64,000 bases of DNA from Podarcis erhardii (lineage: Eukaryota). The stretch lies in the NCBI GenBank assembly GCA_964252035.1, contig OZ176207.1. The stretch is one strand, 5' to 3'. Within the stretch, counting starts at the first letter, position 1. Each line of letters starts with the position of its first letter. Shown piece by piece: positions 24,068 through 34,286 of the stretch. The notes below the pieces were generated by a model, which saw nothing but the letters and a program-made list of their open reading frames with translations, searched no databases and was not told the DNA's origin. The translations under genes and the position numbers were made by a program.

Positions 24068-25462
24068 TAGGGAGGTGTTGCTTTGCATAAATATGCATAG
24101 TAGGAAAAAATGTGTAGTGAAATGCCAATGAATTTTCATAAGGACTTTTCACACACACACACACACACACACACACCATAAACTGATGTGGAAAACAAAG
24201 CTTAAATGTATAGTGTACAGCCTCTCTCTCAGCCTAAGATGCTTCAAAGATTTAGATTGAAGTACGCTGCTACAAATTCATTAGAGGAAGAGTGAGATTT
24301 AGAGAATAAGCGGGGAGGAAGAGAAAGAGAATTCTAATGGACCATAGTTGAAATGGCTTCTGTTGGCCAATAATGTTGAGACAAAAAGTGCCCCTCTTCA
24401 ATGACACATGCCTAAGGCTAGATTAAAAGACAGTTTTCTCCAGAGGACAAAAAATGTGGCTTGCCCTTACTCAATTTCTAATAAACAACAACAACAGAAG
24501 AATAAGAATAGTTTTCATCTATTGATAAATCTTAAAAAATGCAGCAGAATAAACCAATATTCACACTCACACTGAGTCCCAAGTAGATAAGACTTGCTGC
24601 CACCTCAGACCAGTAGCATTTCATATTACGCACACAAGGGCAATGTAAGCTGAAAAGCCAATTTTGTACTGGGTCTAAAAAATATATCTGCATATAAAGC
24701 ATAATAAAATCAAGACCCATAATCATCCAAAGATTCAGAGAAGTTAAGGGGATTAGGAAAAGTAGACTGCTACCAAAATGGGGGGAAGACCCCTCTTGTT
24801 ATCTGCATCTAGCACATTTATCTTCATTTCAAGCTTTGCTTTTTTTAAGTCTAAAAATACAGAGAACACATCTGCCAGTCCTTGAAAGGAAACAGAATTA
24901 TGAGCAGTAAATAGAGTGAAGATCCAGGATATAAAAAGAACAAATAATGCAAAGTGGATTGCAGTTCACTAGAGCAAATGTACCTCCTGCAAAAATATCC
25001 CCATTTTCCTCTCCCACATCCTCTGCACTGCCACCATTCGCACATTCATTCAATAGACATGCAAAATTAAAATTCATTTACTTATCAACTCTATATACAT
25101 CACTTCATATTTTCTTGCGCTGCATGGCATTCACCATTTTGTGCCCATTCACCCACTTTGGAGAACTGTTCATAGTCCTTTTGGATTTCCAGTACCTTGA
25201 ATAACCCACAAACAAGGCCACCTCGCCACTCATTCCTGATGCCAAGTTTAAAAGTTCTGGTCTCGGGGGAGCCCACTTCTTTCTCCCCTCCACTGTGAGA
25301 TCTGCCCATTTATTCCTACTCTCTATTCCCTGATGAATTATCCTGATGTCCAGCTACAATCCTGCTGTTGAGGGCGTGTGTATACATTGCCCTTTCAGAA
25401 TATTAAAGAAAGCACGAATCAACTGTTTCAGAGGATAGATTTGATTTGGTCCCCTTCTGTTC

Positions 25463-25463
<1 letters not shown>

Positions 25464-25503
<40 letters not shown>
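25464..25503. repeat. (TTA)n microsatellite
   Basis: Uninterrupted trinucleotide run. Confidence 0.9.
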
Positions 25504-25504
<1 letters not shown>

Positions 25505-26734
25505 AATTTATATACTGCCTTTCATCAAGAGACCACAGGGAAGTTTACAACATAGAACACATAATTTTAAATGACAGTAACTCTCCCCACCCTAGCAAAA
25601 AATAGCTTATTGGTGCAACTGCTGATTTTCTGAAACACTCATCGCTGTTGCGTGCATGCACAGTTCCTTTAGAATGAGTTTGCACTCTATCAAACATCAG
25701 TGCAGTAACACAACCGTGGTCCCATCATCAGCACCCATAAAAAAACCTGCACCGCTATTTAACATTTACCTAGGTGCCATATATGTTCTTTTTAAAGCCT
25801 ACAGATTAAAGAAAATGAATATGGATTACTCTTGGTTTTTAAGAATCATTATTTATTATTCTCATAAGGAGAAAGTGAGCAATTCATTTTATGTAATGCA
25901 TTACAGCCAGAAGAGGGATATAAGGTGTTTCAGTGTATATAAATATAAAGCACCACAATATTTATCCTGTTACTTTTATGGCTTTAAATCTGCTCTCTTT
26001 ATCTCCTCCCCAAAGAGCAGTAGTATATGCAGAAATAAAATTATGAAACGTGAAGTTATCCTTAGCTTCAGCATCAGCATGATGTAAAGTTTCTTACTTA
26101 AGACTTCCCAGGGACCTCTCGCAAGTATTAAGCAAATCAACCGTATTGTAATTCAGTCATTCATTGGTCTGAGAATCGTGTAAGAAAAACTGGGAGAGAA
26201 AAAATTAATCTCGGTTTTAAGAAAGGACACTTTTATTCGCAAGCTGGATTCAGTTCAGTCTTTTAAAATGAAGTGACTTGGGTAAAGTTCAGGATAAGAA
26301 GCTTGTAGTTTTGACTTATATGCAAACGTATCCTACAGCAACACACACCCATGACTAGCTGCAGTTATTTACTATAGTAGATGATATAAGATATTTGCCA
26401 TTATCCAGAGAAGTGCACAACCAACTCTGTGTCCTGTTCTAGCAGGGTACTAGGCAAGGGGATGTCTGAAGCAATCATCATCATCATCATCATCATCCAG
26501 CTAATTGCATGTATTAGCTGGGGCAACAAGTAGCTAGGTACTGGTAACGAGAGCAGTTAGGACAGGTATGGGGAATCTTTTTTGAGTCTGGGGCCATATT
26601 TCCTTCCGGCAACCATCTGGGGGCCACATGACAGTAATGAGCAGGGCCAGAGGCAAAATGGGCAGAGCAACAAATGCAAATCTTGCCTTTGTATAGCAGG
26701 CTGTTTTACACACACACACACACACACACACACG

Positions 26735-27008
26735 AGTTCAGGCAACTCATTTACAGTTGTACGTTGGTTTTTGAACAGCTTAGTTCTCAAACGTTTTGGC
26801 CCCCGAATGCCACAAACTCAGAAGTGACTGTTCCAGTTTGTGAACTATTTTTGGAAGCCGAATGTCCGATGGTGCTTCCACAGCTTCTGATTGGCTGCAG
26901 GAGCTTCCTGCAGCCAATCAGAAGCCATAGTTTGGTTTTCAAACATTTTGGAAGTTGAATAGACTTCCGGAATGGATTCTGTTCGACTTCCAAGGTACGA
27001 CTGTAGTT
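26735..27008. mobile_element. Tigger-type MITE with central palindrome
   Basis: Right TIR ccaaggtacgactg|ta; central inverted repeat gcttctgattggctgcagga / tcctgcagccaatcagaagc. Confidence 0.6.
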
Positions 27009-27139
27009 CAAGACACTGGATTCACAGTCTTGGGAATGCACACACAAACACTGTAGACAATTCCTCTTCTCAGGGATGCCAACTTGAATAAAATACTGGG
27101 GGGGCCCATATAGTCAATTACATGATGTGACAAGTTGTG

Positions 27140-27408
27140 GACTCTCCAGAGGTTTGAGGGCCATCTCTCATAGATGCTTTAGCTGAGATCCTGCATTGCA
27201 GGGGGTTGGACTAGATCAATGGTTCTCAACCTGTGGGTCCCCAGATGTTGTTGGACTACAGCTCCCATCATCCCTGACCACTAGTCATGCTGGCTAGGAA
27301 TGATGGGAATTGTAGTCCAACAACATCTGGGGACCCACAGGTTGAGAACCACTGTACGAGATGAACCTTGGGGTCCCTTCAAACTCTACAGTTCTATGAT
27401 TCTATGAT
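27140..27408 (+). mobile_element. CR1 3' end with a nested ~138-bp fold-back MITE (27217-27354)
   Basis: CR1 gcagggggttggactagat...ttctatgattctatga tail, split by a near-perfect palindrome (ggttctcaacctgtgggtcccc...ggggacccacaggttgagaacc). Confidence 0.75.
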
Positions 27409-28869
27409 CCCCTCTGGCCAAGCAGAGTTTATATACTCAAGATAATGTCATATACAAATCAGTTTCCTCTTAAACCACTTTAACCGCCATCATTATTTAG
27501 CATGTGGTCATAAGGGCAACTGTTTTGTATGTAAAGGACCACCTTCAGTAGTTTGCATCATTTATTTATACACAATACTTCACTATATAGTTGTAAAGAA
27601 GAGGGAAGTTCAGTTTGTGTTATTCAGGGCCACGGGGGAAAGAAATTCCAGGCAACCCTTCAAGCCAGTGAAGCCATGTCCTCTGCTACAACCGGCAATA
27701 TTCATTACTTTCCATTTCTTTGTCTGAGGGGCGGGAAACAACCGCTGCCACCCTTTCAAAGCCCTAATGTTCTTTCTGTGCTTTTGAAATCGGTGGCATT
27801 TTTCAGATCCTGCCTAGCTGAGAGGAAATCTGAGCACATTTCTTTTTATGATGATTATTATTATTCTGCACAAGGACTGATGGCTCCTAACCTCTTGGTC
27901 TCTCTTTACTCTGCCTTCTCTTTTATGTTACATTAGAGCACATGGTGCCATTAGACTTCAATTGAAAGAAATGAAAAATCAAAAGGGGGCACTTGCTTCA
28001 GGTAAAAGCTACAAAGACACCCAAAGCTTTTCGCAAATCTTAAGCAAACTCCATTCACCCTTGACAATGTTTAAATAAACAATCTTTATGACATCCTTTT
28101 TATTTGACTTTGCTTCAATAAATACCACGAAACCGGGAACCTCCTGGGGCATTTCTGCTTCTGCAAAATACTGATAAGTCTCATCAGCATTTTTGTTTAA
28201 ATGTACAGGATTTTGAAAGTAAAGGTTTAGTATTAAAACAAAATCCAAACAACAGAAGGGTGATTTACATTCCAACAAGCACTTTCTTTTCTTTTCTTTT
28301 CTAAATAATATATTTCGAACTAAGATTTCCACATATTCCTGTATGGTTTAGAAAGTAGCCTTCGGCCTGCCTCGTGGGAAAAGTCAGGGGTTTATTGACC
28401 CAATTTTACCGACACAGCAGCCTTGGGACTAGAGCAGTTTACAACAACCGTTTAAGAAAATAACCAAGGAAAACAGCTTCCAATTCAATCTGCAAATGGA
28501 ATTGAGAGAGGAAGAATGCAATCATCGGTATTGGATTTTAGCCAGGGCACGAAAGGTTAACAACTCAAATGTTATAAGATGTTATTATTGCCAGGCCCAA
28601 GGCACAGCTGGTTAAGAGCTTTATGAAATAACTACCTGAAAGGACATCACTACCAGCTCTGCCTTTCCTAAGTAACTGTTTTGGTCCTATCTTAGGCTGC
28701 CCCACGAGCTCCATTTTCTATCACAGAGACTAATCTAATGATGTTGTGGCTGTGTATATTTATAGTCTATGTACAGCAGAGCAATTTCTTCTTTCATGTG
28801 GCTATGGATTGGGGAACTGATATAAACAGGGGTTCTCTAATTAGCAAGCTCAAAATCCCAAAGGGGCTT

Positions 28870-29075
28870 ACACCACCACAGCTCAGTGGCAGAGCACACA
28901 TTTCCCACACAGAGAGCCCAGGGTTCAATTTCCAAGCCTCTCCAGTCAAGTGGTTCTCAGGCAGAAGTTCTGGGAGAGGCCTTTGGGGTTTGAGTCCTTA
29001 GAGAGGGACAGCCAAAACAGTATGAAGCTGCTTTTTACCACATCCAAACCCTGGTCTATCTAACTCAGTATTGGC
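28870..29075 (+). mobile_element. Old tRNA-derived SINE (Squam3-like)
   Basis: Degenerate A box (agctcagtgg) and B box (gggttcaatt), plus a CR1-like 3' part. Confidence 0.45.
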
Positions 29076-29094
29076 AACAACTATCCAGGGTTTA

Positions 29095-29445
29095 GGGACA
29101 CAGGTGGCGCTGTGGGTTAAACCACTGAGCCTAGGACTTGCCAAACAGAAGGTCAGTGGTTCGAATCCCTGCGACATGGTGAGCTCCCGTTGCTCAGTCC
29201 CACCTCCTGCCAACCTAGCAGTTCAAAAGCACGTCAAAGTGCAAGTAGATAAATAGATACCGCTCTGGCAGGAAGGTAAACAGTGTTTCCGTGCGCTGCT
29301 CTGGTTTGCCAGAAGCGGCTTAGTCATGCTGGCCACATGACCTGGAAGCTGTACGCTGGCTACCTCGGCCAATAAAGTGAGATGAGCGCCGCAACCCCAG
29401 AGTCGGCCACGACTGGACCTAATGGTCAGGGGTCCCTTTACCTTT
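29095..29445 (+). mobile_element. Sauria SINE, full length
   Basis: tRNA-like head (ggtggcgctgtggg...ggttcgaatccc) and acctttacc tail; 15-bp TSD actat(c/t)cagggttta (29080-29094, 29446-29460). Confidence 0.9.
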
Positions 29446-29694
29446 ACTATTCAGGGTTTAAGGTAATTGTGTTTCCCAGTCCTAACTGGAAATCTCAGGG
29501 TTGAACCTAGTATCTTCTGCATGCAAAGGATGTGCTGTTCTACCAATGAGCTAGGTTTCCTCCTAGTACCATACTAGATGCACCAATGGTTTAGTAGTGC
29601 TACAAAATATAAATCCTTTTTCTTTTTTTACATTGAGATTAACCAAGAAAATATATATTTATATAAATGCTATGGTTCAAACACACACAATGTA

Positions 29695-30105
29695 CCATAC
29701 TTTTCTGTGTATAAGACTATGTTTTTCAATTCAAAAATAATGTTCAAAATTTGGGGTCGTCTTATACATGGGCAGTGCATTGTGGGGCTGCGGGATTGGT
29801 TGCTGCCGTGAGTTGGAGTTTGTTATTGGTGGCTGCTGCAAGGGCTCTTGCTGTCGCTATGGCAATTGGGCGGGTGGACTTGCTGTGTTTATCGGCGATG
29901 GGACAGAGGATCAGTTGCTTTCAGATGCATGTGAGCGGCATTATCAGTCTGGCGGGTAAGTGATTTTTGGCAGCACCCCCTAAAAAAAAGCTCAACAACT
30001 CTGCCCACCCCCTAAGAAGCTCAACAACTGTCGGCAATCCTCCCCCCATTTTCTAAATTCTGAGTCTCCCAAAATAGGGGTCATGTTATACGCAGAAAAG
30101 TACGA
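29695..30105. mobile_element. Tc1/mariner-superfamily non-autonomous element
   Basis: TIR ccatacttttctgtgtataa / ttatacgcagaaaagtacga, with TA on both sides. Confidence 0.75.
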
Positions 30106-30696
30106 TACATATTGTGATGCTACGTGAGTTTTAAATTGTTAGAAAGTATGCCTCTGCATAGAACTAATATCTCACTCTTACATCTGCTCCATGTGTTCTC
30201 CTAGGCATGTGGACTTATCAAGTTTCAACAAATGCCTGGGAGCATCCAGAGCTGCAACAATTCATTAGGACCATTTTCATGTAAGCTTCCTGTGAGTGTA
30301 GTCTAATTTATTACATAGCTTTCCCTAGGACACCTGTGGCAAGAAGTCCATCATAAAGTCTTTATGATTTTTACTGTTCCTGCAGGAGTCACAGTCATCC
30401 AGGACTAGATAAGCAGAAAGTCAGCGAAGACAAAGTTACATTGTTTTCACCATAAACCAGAATTAAATCTAAGCACATGTCATTGCATCTGCATATTTCC
30501 AGCATCTTTTAGATCTAGGGATGCTTCTCAAATTCTCCTCCTCTGAATTTCTGTCTAGATTTTGGAATTGTGAATTATTTAGCCTCATTTCCATAGACAA
30601 ATTGATACATTAGGAACTCATCATCATCTTGAATTTTATACACAAAGTGCAGTGAGCCATAGTTTGCTACAGTTATCAGTTCTTTTACATCCCATC

Positions 30697-31148
30697 TGTT
30701 CTGCCAAGGGCAGGGCTCTTTCTGGATCTGGAGCCAATAAGCACACCAGTGGATGAAGAAAAAGCTATGCTTTATTTGCGTAAGGTTAACAGATAGCAGC
30801 AGGCATACAAAACACAAATTATAACATACCAGACAGGAGTCACACACAATCTCCCCTTCAGCTGCCTGGAGCTCCAGGTAGAGCAGCGAGAGAGACCCCG
30901 GCTGACAGTCTCACAGCATCTGGTACCTTGATCTGTGAAGAAGCTCTCTGAGCCCCTTCAGCCCACAGCTTTAATAGCCAACTTTGATTTGATTGATTGC
31001 TCCTGGTTAGCAGGCATCACCCATGATCAGCCCGGGACACCTGGTGCAACTAATGCAGAGCAGCTGAGAGTCTCCAACACTGCAACTGGGTATCCTCCCC
31101 ACTAGCCAATCAGCATTTAGAACACAGGGGACCCAGGAAGCTCCTGAC
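30697..31148 (-). mobile_element. Solo LTR (older)
   Basis: The minus strand begins TGTCAGG and ends GAACA, with a CCAAT box and AATAAA in the expected order. No clean TSD is left. Confidence 0.55.
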
Positions 31149-31451
31149 ACAGGTGTGTGAAAAACAAATTATACTATCATGAATCAGCAAACCTTAAACC
31201 GGGGGTGTAAAAGGGAAAGAGACATGTCATCTAACTCCTCGAAATTACAGTGGTCTTCCACGTTTCCCCTACACCATCCAACCCCTTCTACATCACCAAT
31301 GTTCATGAGACGACTGATAAAACGCTGCAAAGTAACAAATATGATGCAATTATTGGCCAATCATTCATAAACACTTCTGCGCAGTGGGGAACCTCTCTCC
31401 TCAAAAAAAAAGAAAAGCAAGGCTTTTTTGTCAGGATGCATCGAGATCCTG

Positions 31452-31875
31452 TTGCGTGTTGAGTCCCACAACGCCACCCTCACCAAATAACTCACACTTC
31501 ACACATCATTTTTGTTTAAGGTTTTTGGCATGATTTTGGCCACAACTTTATTAAAATACAAATACGTGAGTGGTTGCTTAGGCATTGGTTATGACTATCT
31601 GTCCTTGCCCAGGGACAGAGCTGGCCTTCCGGATTCCAGCGGAAGCCAGCATGGGAAACAAGTATTGGGTGAGAAAATGAAGCCGGGAATCAGTCTCACA
31701 CCTCTCACCCTCATGTTCCTGTGGGGCTTGCACGGCCCAAGTCCGACTCCGGGGACAAGGACAAAGAATGGCAAGCCCCTGGATTCCTTTAACGGAATTC
31801 CCTTTCCGCACCACCATTGGAGGGGTAGGCACTTACCCCTCAACCAACCAATTTTAACCAATGCCTAACCGCCAA
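31452..31875 (-). repeat. Ngaro split direct repeat B2 (424 bp, 3' end of element)
   Basis: Direct repeat of 32258-32681. Confidence 0.95.
31547..31552 (-). terminator. Polyadenylation signal AATAAA in B2 (identical copy in B1 at 32353-32358)
   Basis: The minus strand reads TTTTAATAAAGTTGTGGCC, followed by GT-rich downstream sequence. Confidence 0.65.
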
Positions 31876-32050
31876 CCTTACAAGTTGTGACTTATTTGCT
31901 ACGCAGTAGGCGAAACCCAAATGGCACCAGCCAATCAGCCAAATGGTAAATTCCTACCAGGCCCCCGCACCAAGGCGGACGACCCCATGACAGGCATAGC
32001 AAGGTCAAGCGAACCAGAAAACCCTACCCATTAAAGGGAGGGCGGGCGGG
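31876..32050 (-). other. Unique 175-bp spacer between A2 and B2 carrying a conserved structured motif
   Basis: Not repeated elsewhere in the large element. 31882-31964 aligns by eye with 2601-2665. Confidence 0.8.
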
Positions 32051-32260
32051 TGATCCGGTGCAGAGGCCAAGAGGACGCCCAGGAGAGGCGACCTGCATAT
32101 ATAGCCTCTGAATCCCTCCTCCCTTAATGGCCACATGCAAATTCACTGGCAACAATTAACCCTTAAAGGGTCTGGCCTTTTCCAACTGCCTGGTCACCGC
32201 AGGGTGGCTTGTATGTCCCAACCGCAACACGTGCTCTCTTTTCATGGAGAACACGCTTTG
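32051..32260 (-). repeat. Ngaro split direct repeat A2 (210 bp)
   Basis: Identical by eye to 38856-39065; overlaps B1 by the TTG at 32258-32260. Confidence 0.95.
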
Positions 32261-32681
32261 CGTGTTGAGTCCCACAACGCCACCCTCACCAAATAACTCA
32301 CACTTCACACATCATTTTTGTTTAAGGTTTTTGGCATGATTTTGGCCACAACTTTATTAAAATACAAATACGTGAGTGGTTGCTTAGGCATTGGTTATGA
32401 CTATCTGTCCTTGCCCAGGGACAGAGCTGGCCTTCCGGATTCCAGCGGAAGCCAGCATGGGAAACAAGTATTGGGTGAGAAAATGAAGCCGGGAATCAGT
32501 CTCACACCTCTCACCCTCATGTTCCTGTGGGGCTTGCACGGCCCAAGTCCGACTCCGGGGACAAGGACAAAGAATGGCAAGCCCCTGGATTCCTTTAACG
32601 GAATTCCCTTTCCGCACCACCATTGGAGGGGTAGGCACTTACCCCTCAACCAACCAATTTTAACCAATGCCTAACCGCCAA
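32258..32681 (-). repeat. Ngaro split direct repeat B1 (424 bp)
   Basis: Direct repeat of 31452-31875 at an offset of 806. The ORF track shows three identical translations at the same offset. Confidence 0.95.
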
Positions 32682-32709
32682 TGGAGCCCTAAGCTCACCG
32701 CCAAACCAC

Positions 32710-33312
32710 TCACGAACCCAGCCAAGACCTCAGCTTGGCAATCACAGCCCCCAGCCATGCCTTATTCCCTAAGGCCGAAAGGTGCACCCCGTCATCCCTG
32801 AAAAGAGATTCATCCCTAGCAAGAAGCTCGGGATGAGAGATCACATCACCTCCCAGTTCAAAAACCTTTTTTGAGACAGCGGCATTGATACGCTTCCTGG
32901 CCCTTTCAATTGCCGTTGGGCAACGACTGCCTCTCCAACCACGTCTTTGCAAAAACTTCGACCAGAAAATTTTTGCTGCCGGCACCATTGCTCGCAGCAC
33001 CTCCAAATCGCCCAGGATTGCAGTACGTAACGAAACACAGCCCATGGAAACCAAGTCGTTCTCCCCCAGCTGCACCACAATGGCCGTGGGCGGCCCTTCA
33101 AAGCCCAACTGCCTCCGCATCAATGGCAGAAACTCTGTCCAAGACATTCCCCTTCTGGACAGCCATGAAACGTGTACGTGATGAGGAAGGCCGAGACCTG
33201 ATCCCAATCCGCGCTGCCTGGCCTCGATGCCGGCCCAATGCACGATGCTGTGCCCCACCATCCAGATACGGACTGCTGCTACACCTGGGATGAACAAATA
33301 AATAAGAATCAT
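32710..33312 (-). CDS. Ngaro ORF4, SGNH/GDSL-like hydrolase (esterase)
   Basis: Block I WMVGHS, block II RRGMSW, block III QLGEND and block V DDGVH are all present. The ATG lies 3 nt after the YR stop, in the same frame. Confidence 0.88.
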   Translation of the reverse strand: MILIYLFIPGVAAVRIWMVGHSIVHWAGIEARQRGLGSGLGLPHHVHVSWLSRRGMSWTEFLPLMRRQLGFEGPPTAIVVQLGENDLVSMGCVSLRTAILGDLEVLRAMVPAAKIFWSKFLQRRGWRGSRCPTAIERARKRINAAVSKKVFELGGDVISHPELLARDESLFRDDGVHLSALGNKAWLGAVIAKLRSWLGS

Positions 33313-33315
33313 ATG

Positions 33316-34286
33316 TTAACGAACATAACCTCTAAAAGCGTCAGATTTCCAGCGACCCAAATTCTTAATTCTGCTGGCAGACAGACCCCAGTGCACTGCC
33401 GTCGTGGCCGCCCCGATCCTAAAAGAATGGGGAGCAAAACCAGTGGCAGAATCACCACAGGCCACGATGGCCTTCCGCATCACCATTGCAAACTGGCGCC
33501 TAGACAGGGGCAACCCATTCTCATGCCTCAACAGCGGACCATCCCCAGGAGCCCGGATGGCCAGGTATTTCCTAACATCCTTGACCGGACAAGGTCCCGC
33601 CCCCCCTGTGGCAGGGAGACGAAGAAGGGCTCCCTTTCCCCTCTGGTCCGTTTTAGAGTTTCTAATCATGAGCCTTAGCTCATTCGGGAACAACAGTGCG
33701 TCCCGAAGTAATAGTCCCCTAGAATGGCCGTGTTTGTGATCCTCCCATACGAGTTCACCAACCCTCAAAGCTCCGAAGAATGCAATAGAGAAGGCTGCGG
33801 AAAAAAGGCGAGCCTCATACCTGGACCAGCAAACCTTTCGCAGTTCTTTTCGCATTTTACACAGCAAATCAAATGATATAGGGTGCCGTGCAGCTGGCAG
33901 AGAAGGACAGAGCCGACCCCACCCCTCCAGGGCCTTACGCACCACGAACTTCTCACAAGGATCCTTGTCAAAATAAGCTTTACAGAAAAAGGCAATGGCA
34001 GCTGCCTGGATCCTTATTGTCTTAGGTGCGCGACCCAACTGAAATAGGTGCGCCAAATATTTTAGCACCTGAGAAGTGGAGGGTGAAGCCAACCTTTTCT
34101 TCCTGGCTGACTTGTGCATAAAAGACCAAAAATCAGTCCAAGCTTTAGTGTATGACCTGAGAGTAGAAGAGGAAATAGAGGCCGCTACTCCCTGAAAAAC
34201 TAATTCCTGCCAAGGCTCCAGAGATGATCCGGGAAATATTCCGGACGTTCCCGAGCCTCTGGAACCAGATGTCTGAACCGCTCCAT
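33316..34286 (-). CDS. Ngaro ORF3, tyrosine recombinase
   Basis: Catalytic set GALRVGE (R), SKTD (K), HSFR (HxxR), GRW and FRGYVR (Y). I translated the frame upstream of the ATG at 34119; it stays open to 34305 and encodes WQELVFQGVAASISSSTLRSYTKAWTDF, which looks like the N-terminal core-binding helices. Confidence 0.93.

Noticed and set aside
24612-24690. Candidate CNBD1 exon DPVQNWLFSL...
   Set aside because: Weak donor (GTGGCA); the exon at 18138-18205 fits the expected sequence, phase and splice signals much better.
28009-28332. 107-aa minus-strand ORF as an extra exon
   Set aside because: No convincing acceptor/donor pair, no similarity to CNBD1, and the CNBD1 frame is complete without it.
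29095-29180. tRNA genes (also at 49845, 57026 and 63181)
   Set aside because: These are A/B-box heads of SINEs; they continue into SINE bodies with TSDs and do not form complete cloverleafs.
30575-30847. 90-aa minus-strand ORF
   Set aside because: It straddles the end of the solo LTR at 30697 and flanking DNA, so it is chimeric.
31885-31960. Hammerhead ribozyme suggested by GGCGAAAC...GGUA on the plus strand
   Set aside because: No CUGANGA core on either side in either copy, the small element has GGA rather than GUH at the equivalent position, and the G-U pairs indicate the fold is on the minus strand.
31512-32674. Duplicated 84-118 aa ORFs in the ORF track (31512/32318 etc.)
   Set aside because: They are by-products of the identical B1/B2 repeats, with no recognisable domain.
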